Of a stretch of DNA of 64,000 nt, positions 60,280-64,000 are shown in pieces. The stretch spans positions 1,280,001 to 1,344,000 of the forward strand of contig CBDCWG010000012.1 in the NCBI GenBank assembly GCA_965223345.1, given 5' to 3'. How positions within the stretch are numbered: the first letter of the stretch is position 1; each line of letters starts with the position of its first letter. Source of the DNA: Nitrospinales bacterium. Lineage in GTDB: Bacteria; Nitrospinota; Nitrospinia; Nitrospinales; VA-1. The notes below the pieces were generated by a model, which had not been told where the DNA came from, did no database searches, and saw nothing but the letters and a program-made list of their open reading frames with translations. The translations under genes were made by a program, and so were the position numbers.

Positions 60280-61286
60280 CGCGCTGCGGCGGCGGTCCGG
60301 CTGAGCCGCGCGGCTTCGCGGATGGCGGATTTCAGGCTTTCGGGAGAAGCGGTTCCGGTGCCGGCGATGTCGTAGGCGGTGCCGTGATCCACGGAGGTGC
60401 GGATGATCGGCAGCCCGAGTGTGATGTTGACGGCGGAGCCCATCGAGTCCATCTTCACCGGGATCATGCCCTGGTCGTGATACATGGTGACCACAGCGTC
60501 GTAGGTGTTGCCCGGCTTTTGCGCGAACAGGGCGTCGGCGGAAAACGGGCCTCGCACCTCGATTCCCTCGCGGCGCACCGCTTCGAGCGCGGGCAGGATG
60601 GCTTCCTGCTCTTCGCTGCCGAAGACGCCGCCGTCGCCGCAGTGCGGATTGAGTCCGGTCACGGCGATATGCGGCTTTTCTGTCACATGGGTTTTCAGCC
60701 AGCGGTGCGTGAGGCGCAGGATGGACGCCACCCGGTCCGCATCGATCATCGCGGGGACCGCGTGCAGGGCGGCGTGCGTGGTCACCAGCACGACGCGCAG
60801 GTTCGGGCCCGCAAGCATCAGCGCGGATCGTTCGGCGCCGGTCAATGCGGCCAGAAGTTCCGTGTGTCCGGGATACGGGTGTCCCGCCAGGTGCAGGCTT
60901 TCCTTGTTGATCGGCGCGGTGGTGATGGCATCGACGTCGTGCTCCAGGGCCAGCCGCACGGCTTTCTCGATGCAGTCCACCGATGCCTGGCCGCCCTCGG
61001 GCGAGGCGACTCCTTTTTTCAGTGTGCCGGGAACGTTTTTGAGGTCGAGCACATCCAGTGTGCCGGGTTGCGGAGAGGACGCGTCAACGGAAGCGATACG
61101 ACGCAGTGTGAGTCCGGGTGCGAACCGGGCGGCGAGCGGCCGCAGAAAATCCACGTCGCCGATGACGACGGCGCGGCAGACCGCGTTCAGGGAGTCATCC
61201 AGAAAGGCTTTGACGATGATTTCGGGACCCACGCCAGCGGGGTCCCCCATCGTGATGGCAATGCGGGGCAACGGGTCCAAATTCAA
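60276..61286 (-). CDS. pdxA: 4-hydroxythreonine-4-phosphate dehydrogenase PdxA family
   Basis: ITMGDPAGVGPE, TAPINK, GHTE, MYHDQG, RTSVDHGTA. Confidence 0.93.
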   Translation of the reverse strand: MNLDPLPRIAITMGDPAGVGPEIIVKAFLDDSLNAVCRAVVIGDVDFLRPLAARFAPGLTLRRIASVDASSPQPGTLDVLDLKNVPGTLKKGVASPEGGQASVDCIEKAVRLALEHDVDAITTAPINKESLHLAGHPYPGHTELLAALTGAERSALMLAGPNLRVVLVTTHAALHAVPAMIDADRVASILRLTHRWLKTHVTEKPHIAVTGLNPHCGDGGVFGSEEQEAILPALEAVRREGIEVRGPFSADALFAQKPGNTYDAVVTMYHDQGMIPVKMDSMGSAVNITLGLPIIRTSVDHGTAYDIAGTGTASPESLKSAIREAARLSRTAAAAR

Positions 61287-61368
61287 ATGTCCACACCGGG
61301 GGGCGGGCGTCGATACACCCCATGAACGGTCACGGGGCTGGTCTCGACGCCGGCAGTTTGAACCCCGC

Positions 61369-63015
61369 TCACTTCCTTAATTTGTGAATCCTGGCACCCT
61401 TTCCGGCGCCGCCGGGATTGGGGCTGGCGGCGAGGATTTCCTTGCTCACCGTTTTCTCGTACTGCTTGAAGTTCTCGACGAACAGCTTGGCGAGTTCCTT
61501 GGCTTTCTCGTCGTAGTCTTCGCCGCGCTTCCAGGTGTTCCTGGGATTGAGCACTTCCTGCGGGACGCCTTCGATCTTCTCGGGAATGTTGAGTCCGAAC
61601 ACCGGGTCCTTGAACGTGGCGACGTCCTTCAACTGGTTTTCCAGAATCGCCTTGATCATGGCGCGGGTGTGGGCGATCTCCATGCGGTGTCCGACCCCGT
61701 AGGCGCCGCCGGTCCAGCCGGTGTTGACCAGCCAGCAGTTGACTTTGTGCTTGGCGATCTTTTCACCCAGCATGTTGGCGTACACCGAGGGGTGCAGCGT
61801 CATGAAGGGCGCGCCGAAGCAGGTGCTGAACGTGGCGGTGGGTTCGCGGCTCAGGCCTTTTTCGGTTCCCGCCACCTTCGCCGTGTAACCGGAGATGAAA
61901 TGGTACATCGCCTGTTCGGGCGTGAGCTGGGCGATCGGAGGCATGACGCCGAACGCATCGCAGGTCAGCATGATGACGTTTTTCGGGTGCCCGCCCATTC
62001 CGGAGCGGGTGGCGTTTTCGATGTGCGAGATCGGGTAGCTGGCGCGGGTGTTTTCCGTCAGGCTGGAATCGTCGAGATCCAGCCGGCGGGTGTTTTCATC
62101 AACCACCACGTTTTCCAGCACGGTGCCGAAACTGCGGGTGCAGCTGTAGATCGCCGGTTCCGCCTGGGGAGACAGCCGGATGACCTTGGCGTAGCAGCCG
62201 CCCTCGAAATTGAACACGCCCTTGTCGCTCCAGCCGTGCTCGTCGTCGCCGATCAGAACCCGGTTCGGGTCGGCGGAGAGGGTGGTCTTGCCGGTTCCGG
62301 ACAGGCCGAAAAAGATCGCCGTTTCGCCGGCTTCGTCCATGTTGGCCGAGCAGTGCATGGAGAGGACGGAATGCTTGTGCGGCAGCAGGTAATTGAGCAC
62401 CGAAAAGATCGATTTTTTGATTTCCCCCGCATAGCTGGTGCCGCCGATCAGCACCATCTGCCTGCCGTAGTCCACGACGACGAACACTTCCGAGTTGGTT
62501 CCGTCGATGGCCGGCACGGCCTTGAATCCCGGAACGTGCACGACGGTGAAAGCCGGAACGTGGCTTTCCAGTTTGGCCAGATCCTTGATCTGGATGAACA
62601 TGTTCCTGGCGAACAGGCTGTGCCAGGCGTTTTCGGTGATGACCCGGATGTGCAGTTGATGGTTGTTGTCGGCACCGGCGTAGCAGTCCTGCACGTACGC
62701 CTGTTTCCCCTGCATGTAAGCGAGGATGCGGGCGTACAGGGCGTCGAACTGTTCGACGGTGAAGGACTTGGCGTTGTCCCACCAGATGTTTTCCTGGCTG
62801 GAGGGTTCCTGCACGATGAATTTGTCGTTCGGTGCGCGACCGGTGTGCTCACCGGTGGTGACGCAGAGCGGCCCCAGATGAGAGATGATGCCTTCATTGT
62901 TACGGACGGCGTGTTCGTAAAGGTGCGGGGTGGAAAGGTTCCAGTGGATCTTCGTCAGATTGCGGATTCCGTGGTGTTCCAACCCGATTTTGTGTTTCAA
63001 AACTGTCTGAGGCAT
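61369..63015 (-). CDS. pckA: Phosphoenolpyruvate carboxykinase (ATP)
   Basis: GEIKK, MHCSAN, FFGLSGTGKTTLS, LIGDDEHGW, NFEGGCYAK. Confidence 0.97.
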   Translation of the reverse strand: MPQTVLKHKIGLEHHGIRNLTKIHWNLSTPHLYEHAVRNNEGIISHLGPLCVTTGEHTGRAPNDKFIVQEPSSQENIWWDNAKSFTVEQFDALYARILAYMQGKQAYVQDCYAGADNNHQLHIRVITENAWHSLFARNMFIQIKDLAKLESHVPAFTVVHVPGFKAVPAIDGTNSEVFVVVDYGRQMVLIGGTSYAGEIKKSIFSVLNYLLPHKHSVLSMHCSANMDEAGETAIFFGLSGTGKTTLSADPNRVLIGDDEHGWSDKGVFNFEGGCYAKVIRLSPQAEPAIYSCTRSFGTVLENVVVDENTRRLDLDDSSLTENTRASYPISHIENATRSGMGGHPKNVIMLTCDAFGVMPPIAQLTPEQAMYHFISGYTAKVAGTEKGLSREPTATFSTCFGAPFMTLHPSVYANMLGEKIAKHKVNCWLVNTGWTGGAYGVGHRMEIAHTRAMIKAILENQLKDVATFKDPVFGLNIPEKIEGVPQEVLNPRNTWKRGEDYDEKAKELAKLFVENFKQYEKTVSKEILAASPNPGGAGKGARIHKLRK

Positions 63016-63113
63016 GAAGGTTTCTCCTTATCGACTGGGGAACTGCGTGGCCGACCGCTAACACTTTGAAAAGGAAGACTCCTCCTCAAAGCGGCGGGGT
63101 GGTTTTTGTTGAA

Positions 63114-63126
63114 TAAACGTTTGATA
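63114..63126 (-). promoter_or_regulatory. IHF-like site in the AT-rich divergent promoter region
   Basis: Reverse strand TATCAAACGTTTA matches WATCAANNNNTTR. Confidence 0.4.
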
Positions 63127-63302
63127 TTATTTATATTAACATATATTTTATTTGCCGGTAAATCATTTTCGCTCAACGGTAAAAAAGGGCCATTTTGACG
63201 CCGCAGGGGACCCGAAAAGGCCCGAAACATCGCCGAACCGAAGTTCAGACGGGCTTTTTTACCCAATAGGATGGAATTTTCGCGTTCGGGAAGCAAAAAA
63301 TC

Positions 63303-64000
63303 ATGAAAATTTTCAAATCCGAGCCCACCTCCTCGCATTTCGACATCCTGGACAAGGCCGAGAGCCCGTTCAACACCCTGTACGTGATCGAGAACGGCCG
63401 GTCCCGCGAGCTGTGGTTCAAGGGGGGCGGCCAGTTTTTCCTGCAGAGCCGGCTGGACCTGGACGCCCCGGAAGCGCTGGCGCTGGTGTATTCCCGGCTG
63501 ATGCTGGCCTCCCTGCTGTTTGTGCCGGAGCCGCGCCGGGTGCTGATGATCGGCCTGGGAGCGGGAGCGGTGAGCCACTGTCTGCACCGCGCCTATCCAA
63601 AGGCCCACATCGATGTGGTGGAGATCGACCGGGAGGTCATCGCGTTTGCGAAGCGGTATTTTTTTCTCAAGGAGTCCCGCAACTACCAGGTGCACGAGGG
63701 GGACGGCCGGCTGTTCGTCCAGCGACAGCGCCGGGAAGCGCCCTACGACCTGGTTCTGCTCGATGCGTTCAAAAGCGGGTCGGTGCCGTTTCATCTCAAA
63801 ACCGGCGAATTCTATGAAGAGATCCGCAGCATCCTGAGCCCCGACGGGGCGGTGGCGTCCAACCTCTACGGCAAGAGCAACCGCCTCAAACCCGCCGACT
63901 GCCAGACCTTCCTCTCGGTGTTCGAGCAGATTTATGGCTTCGAGGACCCCGAGCGGGTGGCGACGGCCCTGGTGGCCACGCGCCACAAACGCCGCTGGTC
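63303..64000 (+). CDS. Spermidine synthase-like SAM-dependent protein (truncated by window end)
   Basis: LQSRLDL, VLMIGLGAGAV, VVEIDREV, GDGRLFV, YDLVLLDAF. Confidence 0.85.
   Translation, partial: MKIFKSEPTSSHFDILDKAESPFNTLYVIENGRSRELWFKGGGQFFLQSRLDLDAPEALALVYSRLMLASLLFVPEPRRVLMIGLGAGAVSHCLHRAYPKAHIDVVEIDREVIAFAKRYFFLKESRNYQVHEGDGRLFVQRQRREAPYDLVLLDAFKSGSVPFHLKTGEFYEEIRSILSPDGAVASNLYGKSNRLKPADCQTFLSVFEQIYGFEDPERVATALVATRHKRRW

Noticed and set aside
61384..63069. Long antisense or alternative-frame ORFs (e.g. 61384-63069, 14810-16504, 44651-46618, 54924-56912, 41553-43265)
   Set aside because: Shadows of real genes in GC-rich, codon-biased DNA; no recognisable motifs

Overview
64 kb of GC-rich bacterial chromosome, mostly housekeeping genes: ffh-rpsP-khpA-rimM-trmD, queC, moaB, rluD, rodA-rng, a NarK-type transporter, moeB, pcm, PMM/PGM, cysD-cysN, cysS, dcd-scpB-rluB, mqnC, cobA-hemD, rsmA-pdxA and pckA. 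The gene set is compatible with a Nitrospina-like or deltaproteobacteria-like organism (inference only). I saw no rRNA, tRNA, CRISPR array or intact transposase. Main observations: (1) a ~1 kb gene-free region between rluD and rodA has many DnaA-box-like 9-mers, an AT-rich tract and two CRP-like palindromes, making it a candidate oriC with no dnaA gene in the window. (2) Two accessory blocks (4081-9283 and 27141-29239) carry related terminal inverted repeats. Each begins right after the stop codon of a + strand gene and ends at the stop codon of a convergent gene. (3) Inside these blocks, five copies of a 26-bp site family sit next to foreign-looking genes in a cassette-like arrangement. (4) An intact, host-like tyrosine-recombinase homologue lacks its catalytic His and Tyr and has a strong promoter with an overlapping inverted repeat. 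(5) Several uncharacterised envelope proteins look metal-binding. All calls come from reading the sequence by eye; no searches were run.
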